Source: Auanema rhodensis
Lineage: Eukaryota > Animalia > Nematoda
Assembly: GCA_964057225.1 (NCBI GenBank)
Contig: OZ059900.1
Coordinates: forward strand, 12,710,001-12,774,000
Reading direction: 5' to 3'
DNA length: 64,000 nt
How positions within the stretch are numbered: the first letter of the stretch is position 1; every line of letters starts with the position of its first letter. Below are positions 30,301 through 43,291 of this stretch, one piece after another. The notes under the pieces were generated by a model, which ran no database searches, was not told the origin of the DNA, and was given only the letters and a program-made list of their open reading frames with translations. Made by a program: the position numbers and the translations under genes.

Positions 30301-31791
30301 AAATTGATTTTCAGTGCGGTGAAAACTAATACTGGTAAATAAAGAAAAATGAAAAATTCTTTCTTATAATTTTGGGCTCACAGATCATCTGAGATTTCTT
30401 GAAAAAAATTGCTAATTTTCTGTATTTTAGGCAAAACTCGGAGAAATTCAATTTTTGTAATTGATCAAGAAATGATAGCTCCGTTACCAGGTAAGAAAAT
30501 TTTTAGATTTATTTTAAAATATTACGTTAAAATTATGCTGTTTAAACACAGTGCTTCCATCCCATTTACTACTTCCCCGCATATCGGATAACGCGGCGCT
30601 TGATATTCCACCGTCTGCTCCTACAATTGAACCAACTGTAGATGTAGCTACTCAAACTGATTTTGACTTCGTGTCGAAAGTAGCACCAAAAAAAAAAGTT
30701 TGTTAATGACATGAAGTTTTGAATACATATTCGAACGTTTTTCAGAGACCAGCTATTGAACCTGCCCTAGAAGACGATGTTTCATTGAATATTCCTTATT
30801 CACCTGAACGTGAATAAAATCCATTTTTTGAACTTTCTAAAAAATTATTTCCAGATGAAGTTGCTCCTATCGGTGACTTGCTAATGTTTGAGAAAAATAT
30901 CAATCCTCGAGCTGAAAGAAAAATTACCAATCCTCATGCTAAAAGTGAGAATATTAATATTTCAATCTTTTCAACTGATTTTTTAGCCTATTCTGGACCA
31001 GCAACAATGTTTCCGTTTGTTTAACATTACTAGTATTATCAATTTTGATTGTTTCACAGATCACCTCCTATAAATAAAAAAAACCCATCCACAAACAGAT
31101 TCCCATCACCACCCTCTGCGAGACCAGTGTTTTCACCAAGATCAGTAGAAAATGAAACTTTTGAGAGAAAACTGTGAAAAAAAATATGCATGTAATAACT
31201 TGAGCTTTCTATAATTTTCAGCAATTCATCAGACGAATCAAACAAAATAAGTACACCTAATTCGAACAATAAACACAAAGATAATATGAAAAATGAAGAT
31301 TCTGTTCCTCGAACTGCTGAGAAAAACAGACCTTTTCAAACTTCAATTAATTTTCCTTCACCTCCGAATTCAAGAAAACAGCTCCAATCATCACATCCAT
31401 CATTTGAAAATATGACTTCAAAGTTAGCACTAATGTAATAATAAATCATTTATATGTTTATCAGGATTGCACAGAAAGAAGATTTTTCTTTTGGTTCTCA
31501 AACAACAGCATCAAATTTGCGGCCTAAGTCGAATTTCTCAGCATTTTCTAATCAGCAGCCTTCGGATGTTCGTATGAAACGAGCAAAAGGCCGACTTGGA
31601 GGGGTAATATTAATGATACATTAATAAAACTCAATTATTCATTTCCCTAAATTAACTTTTTTTAAATATTGTTGAGAAATATTTTCCATTCTTTAATTTT
31701 ATAGGTAGTTAAAGCTGGAAATCCATCTGGAGAAGCTCCAACTGGGTGGAAGCCGTGGAAAATCAAGACTGATACTTTCGGTATTCCGTGA
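27350..31791 (+). CDS. Type I membrane protein: signal peptide, divergent C-type-lectin-like domain, S/T/E-rich mucin stalk, TM, Pro-rich cytoplasmic tail
   Basis: MKEWFILLFVSLIIG signal; EAEQACRLIGGHL...HCAYI...ECNIPMDAAC; 1.9-kb mucin exon 28148-30064; TM WRFLLLFCVLLIALNCLCWLFTILGC; ends GEAPTGWKPWKIKTDTFGIP*. Some 3' exon joins are uncertain. Confidence 0.7.
28408..29790 (+). repeat. Coding tandem repeat: 19 full 72-bp (24-aa) units plus a partial unit, consensus ~EESTESNTSTSGSDTEATPxxExI
   Basis: The GAAGAATCTACAG anchor recurs every 72 bp from 28408 to 29776 (1368 = 19x72). Confidence 0.95.
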
Positions 31792-33248
31792 ATAAAACTT
31801 CAAAATGTCTAAAGAGGATGAATTCTTGTTTGCGTTCTATTCAGCTTTTATGTATTTCATCAGTTAATATTATATTATTAATAAAATATGTATTTAGTCA
31901 TACAATAATCAAATAAGCTTAAATATAAATTCATATGCATGTGTATTAAAAAGAAAAAGGATTGTGTGTTTTCTGGTATTACTAGTTATCGTGAAAATAA
32001 CATTGGTGATATGTTTTGTGAAAAGAAGGATTAAAGATATTTGGAGAAACATGATAAAATATGCATTTACATTTCAACATGCTTTACTATTGCTTTCAGT
32101 CCATAATTTTGTTACAAGAAATGTATCTAAACAAACATTCATTTTAACTTTTTGCTTTTAAAACAAATAGATTAACATTAAGCTATTTTCAAATCTGAAG
32201 TTCATAAATACGAAAACTGTTTTTCTCGTTTGTTGTTGAGAGAAATATTTCAATTTAATTAATTCATAATGACTCAAATGTAGCTGCAAGACTGTTTTAA
32301 AAAGCATTGATAAAAAATTAACATCAAACACTTTGATTGATAGGTTTAATTACGGCTAAGTTTGTTTTTCGTTATATGATGTTATATCATTTCATTTCTC
32401 TGCGTCAACTGATCTACTTATAAGTAGAAAAATAATTTCATACACACTGATAAAAACCTTTTTAAAGTTGTCGTTTAATCTTTCTCATTTTTTTCAATAA
32501 ACTTCTCAGAAAACTTTAAGTAGATTCTAATAATCCGTGCTGAAATACATGACGAAACAGAATTAAGTATTCATCACGCAAGGTAGTTTATTCCGGGAAT
32601 TTTATGGTAATATCGCGTAGTGCATGTTAATTATCTGTCATCAATGCATTGCGAATAACGTAGAAATGAATTCAGCAAATCTTTCCAGTATATATCAAAA
32701 GCTTTTGTTCAACATTTTAACAAAATGTTTCTCTCCGTATTATTCAATTGTTTGTATGAAAATACAAAGTTGGGGCAAAAAATAAAAGCTATTATAGCAT
32801 ATTAAACAACGTCATGTCGTTGTTTATGTATTATTGGCCTTGGTTTGAAAAGAGTATTTGAGAGGCTGAAGATGTCATAAATCATTGCTTGTCAAAGTCT
32901 GGCTTTTAACTCATCAAATTATATAAGGTTAATTGAGCACAACGTCCTATTCATAAAGACCATAATAACTAAAGAGTCAAAAAAACCAAGTAATTAGTTT
33001 TTTGCAAGTTATAATTCTACCGAATATCAACTGAATGGAAATGTCTTACTGACATGAAGTTAGAATATTCCTCAAGATTGTTTGTTGATGCTCCCAAATT
33101 CAAATTTCCTATTTCTCAATTAATAATTATGTGACATTTGTAGACCCTAGTTTTCTCAAACTGATTTAGCAAGTATTTTAATAGTCCCCAACTGACTATA
33201 TGAGTAAGCAGAGCTATCCTGGGCGGAGCTCTGTGCGTGTGAGCCTCA

Positions 33249-33284
33249 TATATATAGAGCTCACACAAAAACTTTTGCTCATTT
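33249..33284 (+). promoter_or_regulatory. TATA box plus Initiator of flp-8
   Basis: TATATATA at 33249-33256, then TCATTT Inr with its A at 33281 (about 32 nt downstream), 9 nt before the ATG at 33290. Confidence 0.55.
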
Positions 33285-33289
33285 CAAAC

Positions 33290-34778
33290 ATGCAGGCTCT
33301 CATATCTGCATCACTGATCTTTCTTCTCATCAGTGTTGCATGGGGATGTCCTGATTTTCCAAACGAACCCACGCGTTCCTCAGTTATCCAACAAATTTGC
33401 AAACTACAGGTTATTCACTTTTCACTTATTTGCTTGAGAAGATAACGTGATGTGTTTTAGGATCAAGTAACCAATTTATATGAAAGTGTTCTACATCACT
33501 GGAATGATGAATCAGGTTAGATTTAGATTTTTCATCCAATTGCAAAACATTTCTCTTATAGAGCTTGTTGGATACCCAGATTCTTTATCAAATGTAGCAC
33601 CGACGTTGGTTAAAAGAAAAAATGAGTTTATACGTTTCGGAAAAAGATCAACAGATATGTAAGTTGCTTTTTTACAATATTATAAAATGAGAATGAATTA
33701 TTATGATATTGTAATTTTAAGGCCTTCAAAACGGAAAAATGAGTTTATTCGATTTGGTAAAAGAAAAAATGAATTCATTCGGTGAGTGAAGCACACATAG
33801 ACACACATGAACACACACATAAACACACATATACACTCACACGAACTCACACACTCACACACAGTCACACACACACACACACTCACACACAGACACAGAC
33901 ACACACACACACACACACATACACATAGACACACACAGACACAGACACACGCACCCACATACATACATATATACGTATATATATATATATATGTGTATGC
34001 GTATGTGCGTGTGTGTATATATATATATAAAGATAACAAAGATGAGTATGTATTGAAATTTCGAAAACTTTAAGCAGAATTTATTTATGTTGAGGCTATC
34101 CATAAAACGTTGAGAACTATTTACATTAGGAATGCATTAAAGCAACTTTAAAGTTCTGACATTTGAACAAATTTTTTTTCTCACAAAAACAAATCGTTAT
34201 TTTTGTTACAAGGCTGATTTGAGTACTATAACAATTCAAAAAGCTGACAAATAACATTTTTTATTTAGTTAGAAATAAAGATGCTCATACTCATCACTTT
34301 TTGAATGCACAATATCAACTGATCTGAAATTGACTTTAAATTTTCAGTTTTGGAAGATCTCTATCTCCATTCCAACAGGATGACGTAAATGGTACGTTTT
34401 TGAATATTCTATGAAGACAGTTGCTAGCTTGTGCATATGAAATGATAAACTGCATTTCTTGCTTCTTTTTCATGAGCTTCACAAACTATTGTTAGAATTT
34501 TCGACCTTTTCTCATTTTGTATTCATTTTTAAATGAAAGAAATACGAAAAACTAGCTATTCTCATCTTCGAAAATTTATTCGTAGCTTCTGAAAACTATA
34601 TAAGAACTTATTATCTGTCCAGAAAAAAATCATGCATGATTGCCCACAGGCATTCAACTCTTGACTTTTCTATGACCTTGGTTTTGTGTTTGTGTTTCAT
34701 AATTTTCTTAGTTACACATCATGCTTTGCATTTTCAGCTATGGTTAAGAGAAAGAACGAATTCATTCGCTTTGGTTAA
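33290..34778 (+). CDS. flp-8: FMRFamide-like neuropeptide precursor encoding 4 copies of KNEFIRFamide (AF1)
   Basis: Signal peptide MQALISASLIFLLISVAWG; 6 exons yield KR-KNEFIRF-G four times, with dibasic/monobasic cleavage sites and an amidation Gly. Confidence 0.95.
33792..34028. repeat. Imperfect (CA)n / (TA)n / (TG)n microsatellite in a flp-8 intron
   Basis: Directly visible; it explains the spurious HT- and VC-repeat ORFs. Confidence 0.95.
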
Positions 34779-36321
34779 TTTTTCACGTCAAATACTACGG
34801 TATCCCAGTGAAGTTAATTCTTGAATCGCAGAAATATTTTGCGAATCATTAATACGCTTTGTTAAAAAATGAAATATTTTTTTATTATATAGTAGATGAT
34901 GGGTTCTGTCGGTTTCATTGCTACTATTGTATTAATTTCGACCTTATATTTTTGATAAAGCATTGTTAATATTGCAGGAAAAACATGTGAATCATAAAAA
35001 TTAAACAAGACAGTCATTAAACCTTTATAATATTTCTGTTATAAAATAATGTTCATTTACTAATACGAAGCAAAAACAATTAAATGAAGTTTATCCAAAA
35101 AAAGTGTAAGATAGAACAAGTTATATTAAAGCATTATTCATCTGTTTTGCATTTTCTTGAAATCGAAAGTTGGATTTTGAATAGATTATCCAAAATATTG
35201 AATTACTTTGAGATTCATTTAAAAATAGAAACTTCCAAGTTTCTTAATCACTCATATAGCGTTTTATTCACAAATATGTATGTAGATACACATTTATATT
35301 TTTGCTTTGAATAGTGTTCTAATTGAAAAAAAGTAAAATAATTCATCTAAAAATATCAAAACTTTTCTTGAATATATTTTTCTCTCAATTTTTTTATACC
35401 CCGTATCAACGAATAAAAGCTTCCACCTTCCATATTTCGCTTATATTCCATGCTAATTGAAAAAAATTGAACCGATATTTTATACAGATTTATTTATTAT
35501 CAGATAATTGAGCGAATTCAGAAAATATGGATTACTGTAGTATTTGCCTATTAAATAGTTGATGGCACATAATATTAACAGATAAACTACACTAATAATA
35601 AGAGCAAAGAAGAAAAAACAAATGTTTCGACAAAATTGAAAAGATGTTCCATTATTTTAAAAATAGTTTGTTATGAAGAAATATCAATAAATTGAACAAG
35701 CCATGTATTGCCTTTTGACTTAAGATTTAACACGAAATTAGTAATGAGTAAGAGCCATTGGTGAATTGAAAAGCACAATACAAAATCAATTTGTGAGATA
35801 TGTACATAAATTGACAACACAGAACCGAAGTAACATGTAACATTTATAAGAATTTGTTGTTTGAGGAGCATTTATGACTTGTTATTGTTTAAACAGTTGA
35901 ACTGCGAGAATCACACCCACTGTAAGCTACCTTAACTGCCAACTCATAAAGGTTTGTCTGCAAAAAAGAGCGTTTAAATACTATAAAGTAAAGTTTTTTT
36001 TTCACAGCCATGAGTTAGTGTTAATGCATTTGTTATTATGTTAATGGAATGGTATGAGTAATAACTGTTTTTATCCTTAGAAAAAAAAAGATTTCTCTTA
36101 GGAAGGTGGTGAAATGAGAGCAGAGAACTGATATAAGCGAGACATGTGATGTAAACAGAGACATGTGCTGCAAAAATTGATAAAAGCTTGCGGAAGCGTG
36201 TACATACATGTTACGTTAGCACAGAAGATATAAACTCAAAAATAGTTCCAAAAAAAGGATAAGCATGCTTATGCTCAATTCATTCTGCTCACCTTTCTAC
36301 AAATAGTCAAAGACAAATGCA

Positions 36322-38911
36322 TCAGACTACAGCTTCACGGCTCATATAAACATTGTAGCCGCTTCTAGAAACTCGTACCTCACAATCATGATTATCATTT
36401 GGATTAGCATCAGTAGAATCAAATTCATCGAAATAAGTTCCATTAGCGTTTGTACTGAAATTGTATGTGTATGTGAGATATACAAAGTTTTTAATAAGTT
36501 CAGGAAAAATATATACTTACTTTTCTTTTGTTTTAGTTTCAGGAAAGTTATTAAATGGCTTTTTTGCTTCTAAATTAAAAAACATATTTGTTTGTCTGTG
36601 AACCAAATCTTACTTGTAAAGCATAATACACCCCTTTTCACGCAAATCGCTATGAAGCATACTGATATAACAGCAAAAGCTAAAAAGACCAAAAATGTGA
36701 TCCACCAACCAGACAGATGGGCACTCAGTGAAGAATTGGCACCTAATAAGTTATCCATGGGAATATTGATTCTAAACAAAAATATTTACATAATATATTC
36801 AATTGCCTAATTTTATACGTTTTTACACCAAACTGATTTTGCAGTTTGAGATAGATTTGACGATATTGATCTTCTTTGGTAAATGCCGTAACCAGCAGGC
36901 GGGCGAGATAACAATTAGGCACGGTATTATTTTGAGCAGTACTTTCAAATCTAAAGTTTCCCCATGATTGTCCAACCTTAAAAACATAGTGTTTATAATG
37001 TACTTTTGATTAAAATTAATTTTTTAATTCAATTATACCTGCAGATCGTTGTTATCAACGCTGAAGACAACCTCTCTTGGTGGACGCGGCATTGGATCAG
37101 CACAGTATCTAACAGTCAACACCATTTTGTTTGAATTAGGAATCTAAAATAAGTAGTTGCTTCTTCTTCTCGGTTTTATTTACATACTTGCTCAAAAGAA
37201 ATAGGGACGTCTGAAATTTCCGGAGGACCAATAGCTTGAATTGCTAGAATACTGCTACCAGGCAGATTTAGTCCAGGTGAGCATTCAGGCGATCCTTGGC
37301 TTACGTAAGAACAAGCAGAACACCAGTACGTTCCCGAATAAGAGAAGTTTGCTACGCGAAGTGAACAAATAGCATTTAATCTCTTGAAAAATGTTTGATT
37401 ATTATTCAGATATTTTCATTTTGCTTACAACTGCCGACGATCCTACCATATCAGCTGACACTTCTTCATACTGACCATCAAATCCTTGCGGACAAGAAGC
37501 TTCAACAACCTAAGTGATAAAATAAATTTGGCGATTTGCGTTATATCTGCTTACTTGGCCATTACTTTTGCGCAATCTCCAAAATACAACAGGTCTAGGA
37601 TTGCCTTGTACTTGACATCTCAAATTAATTTGCTGATTGATTTCTAATCTATTGCCAGCTTGGAATGGTGAAGAAGATTGTAGAGATGCGAAATTAGTTT
37701 GAAGCAAACGAGCAGGCGCTGTAAATAATAAAATATTTGCATTATTTAGAGTATTTTTTTTAGTTTAAAATAAAAATATTTCCATTTAAAAATACTTACA
37801 GTAGGGATCTATTTGAACTGAATGACTTGTTGGCATTTCCATTTCACTATATAGACCATTGTTAGCTTGGCATTGAATTGAGTGTCCGATCATTTCGGTA
37901 CCTATTGTGATTTGAGCCTCATTCACACTGAAAAGCGTTAATATGTTTTTTTTCATTGAAAGCAACTTTTAACCTGGTCGACTGCCCATTTTTCAACCAT
38001 CGATATGTTGTTGGTGGTGGATGAGATTGTATATTACATTTAAGTGTTTTACGTCTCTCAGCTTGCTGGCACTTGCCATCTGGTCCCAGTATACATTCTA
38101 CGTAAAATCTATAAAAAATTAGATTTGAAATGTGCTTAACGTCATAACGAATTCAAACCTAAAACCTTGATTGGCTATAAGAATTGGACTTTGACCAGTT
38201 ATATCAACAACATGCGGCTGATGCAGATATTGAACATCGATCACAGCTGGTTGAGAATCAACCGTGCCTAAACAGAAAATATTTTTGCATGTATGTTCGT
38301 TAGTTTTATTAAAATATTTTTGAATATATGTTCGTTAGTTTTATTAAAATATTTTTCCAAGCTAACCTCCGTTGACAGCTGCCTGGCAGATAACTGTTGC
38401 TCCAGTCCAATTCACGTTAGCAGCTACATTCTTGAGCATTACGCACTGAAGTTAACTTTAATAGACATCAAAAAAATAAAAATTACCGGGAAGCCAGCGT
38501 TACGAGTTAAATCTTGAGCTGAACTTAGAACACTAACAATGTCTGTTATATTTTTTTCTAAACAGTCAGTGCACACAAATCTAAGTTGACTCACTGGTGT
38601 CTCGGAGACCTATAATATACAAAATATGATTGAACGTAAATTTTATAAAGATTAATTATCAATTAAATAAATTGAAAACTAACACAATAAATGGCTTCTT
38701 TTGCTTGTGTTCCAAGCATAATCCATTTAATTTGCTTCAACTGTTGTGCGTTTGACACAGAAAATGGAGTATCTGTGATTTTTACTTGTACCGAGGGCAT
38801 AAGTAGTTGACCTAAACGGACAATTATAAATATTATACATTGCGAAAAATCAATAATGCTACCTGTAAGTAATGAAGGAAGTATTGTTAGGTAAATTAAT
38901 ACCAACAACAT
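36322..38911 (-). CDS. Immunoglobulin-superfamily type I membrane protein (nephrin/IGCM-like)
   Basis: Signal MLLVLIYLTILPSLLTG; Ig motifs LKCNIQSHPPPTTYRW, LRCQVQGNPRPVVFW and SGTYWCSAC; TM WWITFLVFLAFAVISVCFIAICV; tail ...YMSREAVV*. Confidence 0.8.
38292..38356. repeat. Intronic tandem duplication, 35-bp period, about 2 copies
   Basis: TATGTTCGTTAGTTTTATTAAAATATTTTT at 38292 and again at 38327. Confidence 0.85.
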
Positions 38912-40456
38912 TTTGCAAGCTTGGATTTGTTGGGACCTGAATTATTAAAACTAAGTTATAACTTTTAGCTAGAAGGAACAATATATTTGCAGAAAATGAG
39001 CAATTGTTATTTGGATCAAATTAAATTATTTTGAAATAAAAAAAAATAAGATTCACTGTAATGTATTCAAAACAGAAAAATATAGACAGTGTCTATTTGA
39101 TAAGAAAGAAAGGAGAAATAAAAAGCAGTGAGTGCGTGTATCTACCCATATATACGGAAAAGACGCCAAATATATTTAATGAAAGAAAAAGAGGATAAAA
39201 GGAGGTTCTGACATAGAGGTCATTGATGTTATGCAGAGATAGAATACAAATGACCCATGCACAAGGTGGCGTCACTTGAGAGAGTATGCAGGTTGAAGAG
39301 ACCTAAAATAGCGTATGGGGTCGTTTGCTTAGAGATTGTATACAACGATGAGAGTGGGACCACTTTAAAGAATGGTTAGCATACAGGATATATTGGGAAC
39401 TAATGAGAGGTGTAAGAGAAAGTAAGACGAGTGAGGTCATATTACAGTGAGATTGTACTATAAGCTTGAGAAAATAACGATAGAAAACAGGATGACTAAA
39501 CCATATCTAAAGCGCGCCATATTAAAGATCGATACTACAGAGGGGGATGTTGAGACTTTGCGATTATTACAGGAGAAATCGTTGAATAACTACTACAAAA
39601 ACTAAAATAAAACTCTAGAGCGTACCAATTGTTTGAGCAAAAATATTGGGCGGCAATGCCGCTATTCAAAAAATTTCAAGTACATTGCTAGTTGCAGTAA
39701 TCGATCTACATCTTTTTCTAGCAAACTACAACAATTAAATACAAGAGAAAAATGGATCTAAGGACAAGGCTGTTTTTTCCCAACTAATCAATAAATTGAA
39801 TATCTTTTATTAGTTTTAATTATTTACTGTGAGAATCAAGTAGTATTATCATAAATATTGTAATTTTATTGACTATCTTTTTATTTTAAATTGAAAAAGT
39901 GTATTTAAGTAATTTGAAAAAAAAACTCTTTTTCTTAGTTCACTTCTTTAAAAGTTGTTAACCGCCAACGCTCTCTTGGTTAAAAATATGAGAAGCTACA
40001 AAAGTATTGTATGATATAAATTGCTTCAAAAATCAAGTTTTTATCGAAAAATGTTGTTTATAAACATGTTACGATGAATAATACTTCCGTTTTGTTAGTG
40101 AAGTAGTTAATATTTTTCAGCAATGGTTTGGTTGTCTTAAATTATCTTGAATATGGAGATGCTATAGATTAAAAATTATTGGATATAAAAGGTGAGCTAA
40201 TTCGAGTATTCTTACCAACCGTTGTTAAGAACACAGTGCTTATCTTGCAAACGACATTTGATAACTATGTGAAAAAACGGAAACAAATAGTGACATAAAG
40301 ATATGCCATTCTCAATTTTAGAGTTAAACATATAAAAATGTCCTTTCATGTAATGTATGTAGTTTTTTCGTGTTATTCATAGTATTCCTAGAAATGTAAA
40401 TTCAGAAAAAGTTTCCAATTCTTTAAGGTTTTTTATTGGGAACATCATTCATAAAA

Positions 40457-42232
40457 TCACATTACAGCATCTTTCATAGCACTTCGCATATAGACCAGCC
40501 AGTAGATAGCGTTGTAAACTGAGTAGATAACTGAAAAGTGGATATACTGCAAAAATATTAAGAGAAAACTTACATGGAAAGCCAATCCTTGCCCAATAAT
40601 CTATATTTTCGCAAATATTAATATTTTTTGATTTCCCTGGCATTTCTTTAACGTTTTGCACTTTCCATCTGTGAAAAGTTTATTTCGAAATACGTTATAG
40701 TAATAAATTTGATCTAATTTTTTTAAAATAACTTACCTAACACTACCTATATTTGATGGCGCATTCATCCGTCCTTCGTCTCTAGTCAAGTAACCAATTG
40801 TTGCTAATTCAATTAGGGAAGCAAAAACAAAGGAGATTCCACTAAAAAAGAAAAACAATCACATTATAGTTAGACGGAGAAGCATTATACTGTTGATAGC
40901 CCCTAGGTTTTGAAACCCCTAATCAAAATGAGAAGAAAAAAAATTCAATTTAGACTTTGTGACAATAGTCGAAAGATTTGAAAAAAAATTCCAATTCCAA
41001 CTTTTTTTCTCAACATATATAAGAGTTTTTTTATGAAGCTAATCTAACAACCTTAACATCCACACATCGATTGCTTTTACATATGACACACGTGGAAGAT
41101 TTCGAATAATGCTGCCGAATTGAAAAGTCATTGCTAACAATGCATTAACTCCAATCATTGTACGTGCAGGTATAGCTCTTGGACCAAGATAAAATGGAAT
41201 CCAAGATATAAAGACTGTCATATATGTTGGAATAAAACCTTTAAATAACAAAAAATTATTCAATCAGTTTAAGCAAACAAAATATTCGACCTTGCAATAA
41301 ATACCAGCCGTAGCGGCGACGAAAAACAAAATTTACTGATAATTCATCCCAATAGCCTGCTGCATACAGCTAAAAACATAACAATACATCAAGCCTCATA
41401 AAAGTTCTTACTGTTTTATTAGCCGACACATTGTAGCGAACCATATTAAAATCAGGCAGCTCAATGTCTTTGAACTGTATGATTGGTACCGAGTTCCAAA
41501 CCATATGAACTTCATCCTGGAAATAAGTAATTTCATTTCATTTTTTGGAAATATTTACTTACTTTATTATAATTGAATGATTCGAAGGTTAATGTGCATT
41601 CTATTTGATCTATTGGAAATTTTGATAAATCCATAGTGCAAGGACCTGTACTTTTAATACGCCAATTTGACCAGATAGAGCCTAGATATTGTATATTTCC
41701 GAAAAATATTTAATAAGACGAACCATTAGGAAAAACCATTAAAAAAACATTTCGAAATGGTGAACTATGAATTTGAGCAGCTTTCGAGTTAACAAAACAT
41801 GTGTTTGGTGTCCAAATATTTTGTAAAACAGTCCAATCAAAAGATAAATTTCCCTGACAAGGATTCAATAAATTGTAAGCAAGACCGGGATCTGTCCAGT
41901 ATTCATTCATATACAAATCTGAAAATGCAGAATTACGATAGCACTTTTGTCTTTAAAAATCATATAATAGAATTTTATATGGTCTTACCTATTTCGAAAT
42001 CTTGAGTTAATTCGGAAACAGAAGTGACCTCTTGAACCCACATTTCTATTCTAACATTAACAGGAGTTGTTGGCAACTTGTGCTTATTATAATGTAAAGC
42101 AGTATCAAACAATAAATGATCAATTATTTCTGTGTCATTTGCACATCTTTGGAATATTGAACTAGTATAATTAGCGAAACATTGTTGTAAACTTATTTCT
42201 ATCAAAATCACAAGATGGAGATATTGTTTCAT
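40457..42232 (-). CDS. Cys-loop ligand-gated chloride channel subunit, ACC/LGC-46-49 (acetylcholine-gated) family
   Basis: Signal peptide, [38 protein letters not shown], Cys loop [15 protein letters not shown], anion-selective PAR in [34 protein letters not shown], and M4 [13 protein letters not shown]. Confidence 0.88.
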
Positions 42233-43291
42233 ATTCTGAAAAGGATGTCAAATTAGTTTATTCTTATTAATGTCTGACAATAAATTCGTCAAAAACTGAT
42301 TGTAGTACACGAAAAAAATGTTTCTTTTATTTTTAAAACAGAGTACCTAAACTCATAAATTCAAAAAAAAATAGATTAAAGATGTTTTCCTTTTAAAAAA
42401 ATTATTACTATTTCAATAGTGCTTTATTGATTTTAGTAAGAAGATGTTGTCATTTGAGGGTAGCCTTGATAATATTGATCCTCAGCGGCATAAAGAGAAA
42501 ACTTTTTTGTCACAACTAAGTTTACATAACGTTTAAAATGAAGTGTACATATGTAATCTAATTTAATTGTGCTAACAACATCACAAGAATAAGATATTTT
42601 TATAGCTATATGAAAAAATATTTAAATTTAACATTATGATTGTTTTCAATCTTTGCAAAATATTTCTTGAATTCACATTTTAAATTTGTATTTGTTAAAA
42701 TAGTAGCAAGTGATATACAGAAATAATTTTATATGAGTTGGTGAAATCAAATAAAAATTAAAACGCTTGAGAGAATAGCTGATAAAACAAAATGTATAAA
42801 ACGAGTACTGCTAGCTTCGAGTTGAAGTTGAAGAAGAAATTTTGCATTGAAGACTTTACAGAAAGTGGCGCAGCGACATAATTAAATCTATGGTTGCTCG
42901 AGAAACTTTGACGCGCGTCAGCGAAAAGAACGCAGGACAATAAGAGGTTCCGGAACCAAGAAGACACAAACCACTTTCAATTATTTCATGGTAATATCCT
43001 CAGCTTATAAGTTAGAACCGCTATACATGCTATATCTGACAGATGGGTTTTTTTGGCTTACTGAATTTAAAAAAATAGCTTTTTAATTTCAATGGAAATA
43101 TATTGCAAAGAAAATGTGATACTTCTTATCCTTAGATATGTTCAATATTTATGTAAAAAAATGAATTTAAAGAAATATTATGAATCCTTATAAACAATTA
43201 TACATAAAAACAATGTAACAAAATAATGAAACTCTTCAAACAAATCAATATTATGAGAATTCTTTATTTTTCACACTAAATTTTCATTTTT

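Noticed and set aside
33701-34103. His/Thr- and Cys/Val-rich ORFs
   Set aside because: Translations of the intronic (CA)n microsatellite.
36775-36810. Third candidate GC-AG intron in the Ig gene
   Set aside because: A canonical in-frame GT donor giving a typical 47-nt intron lies just upstream.
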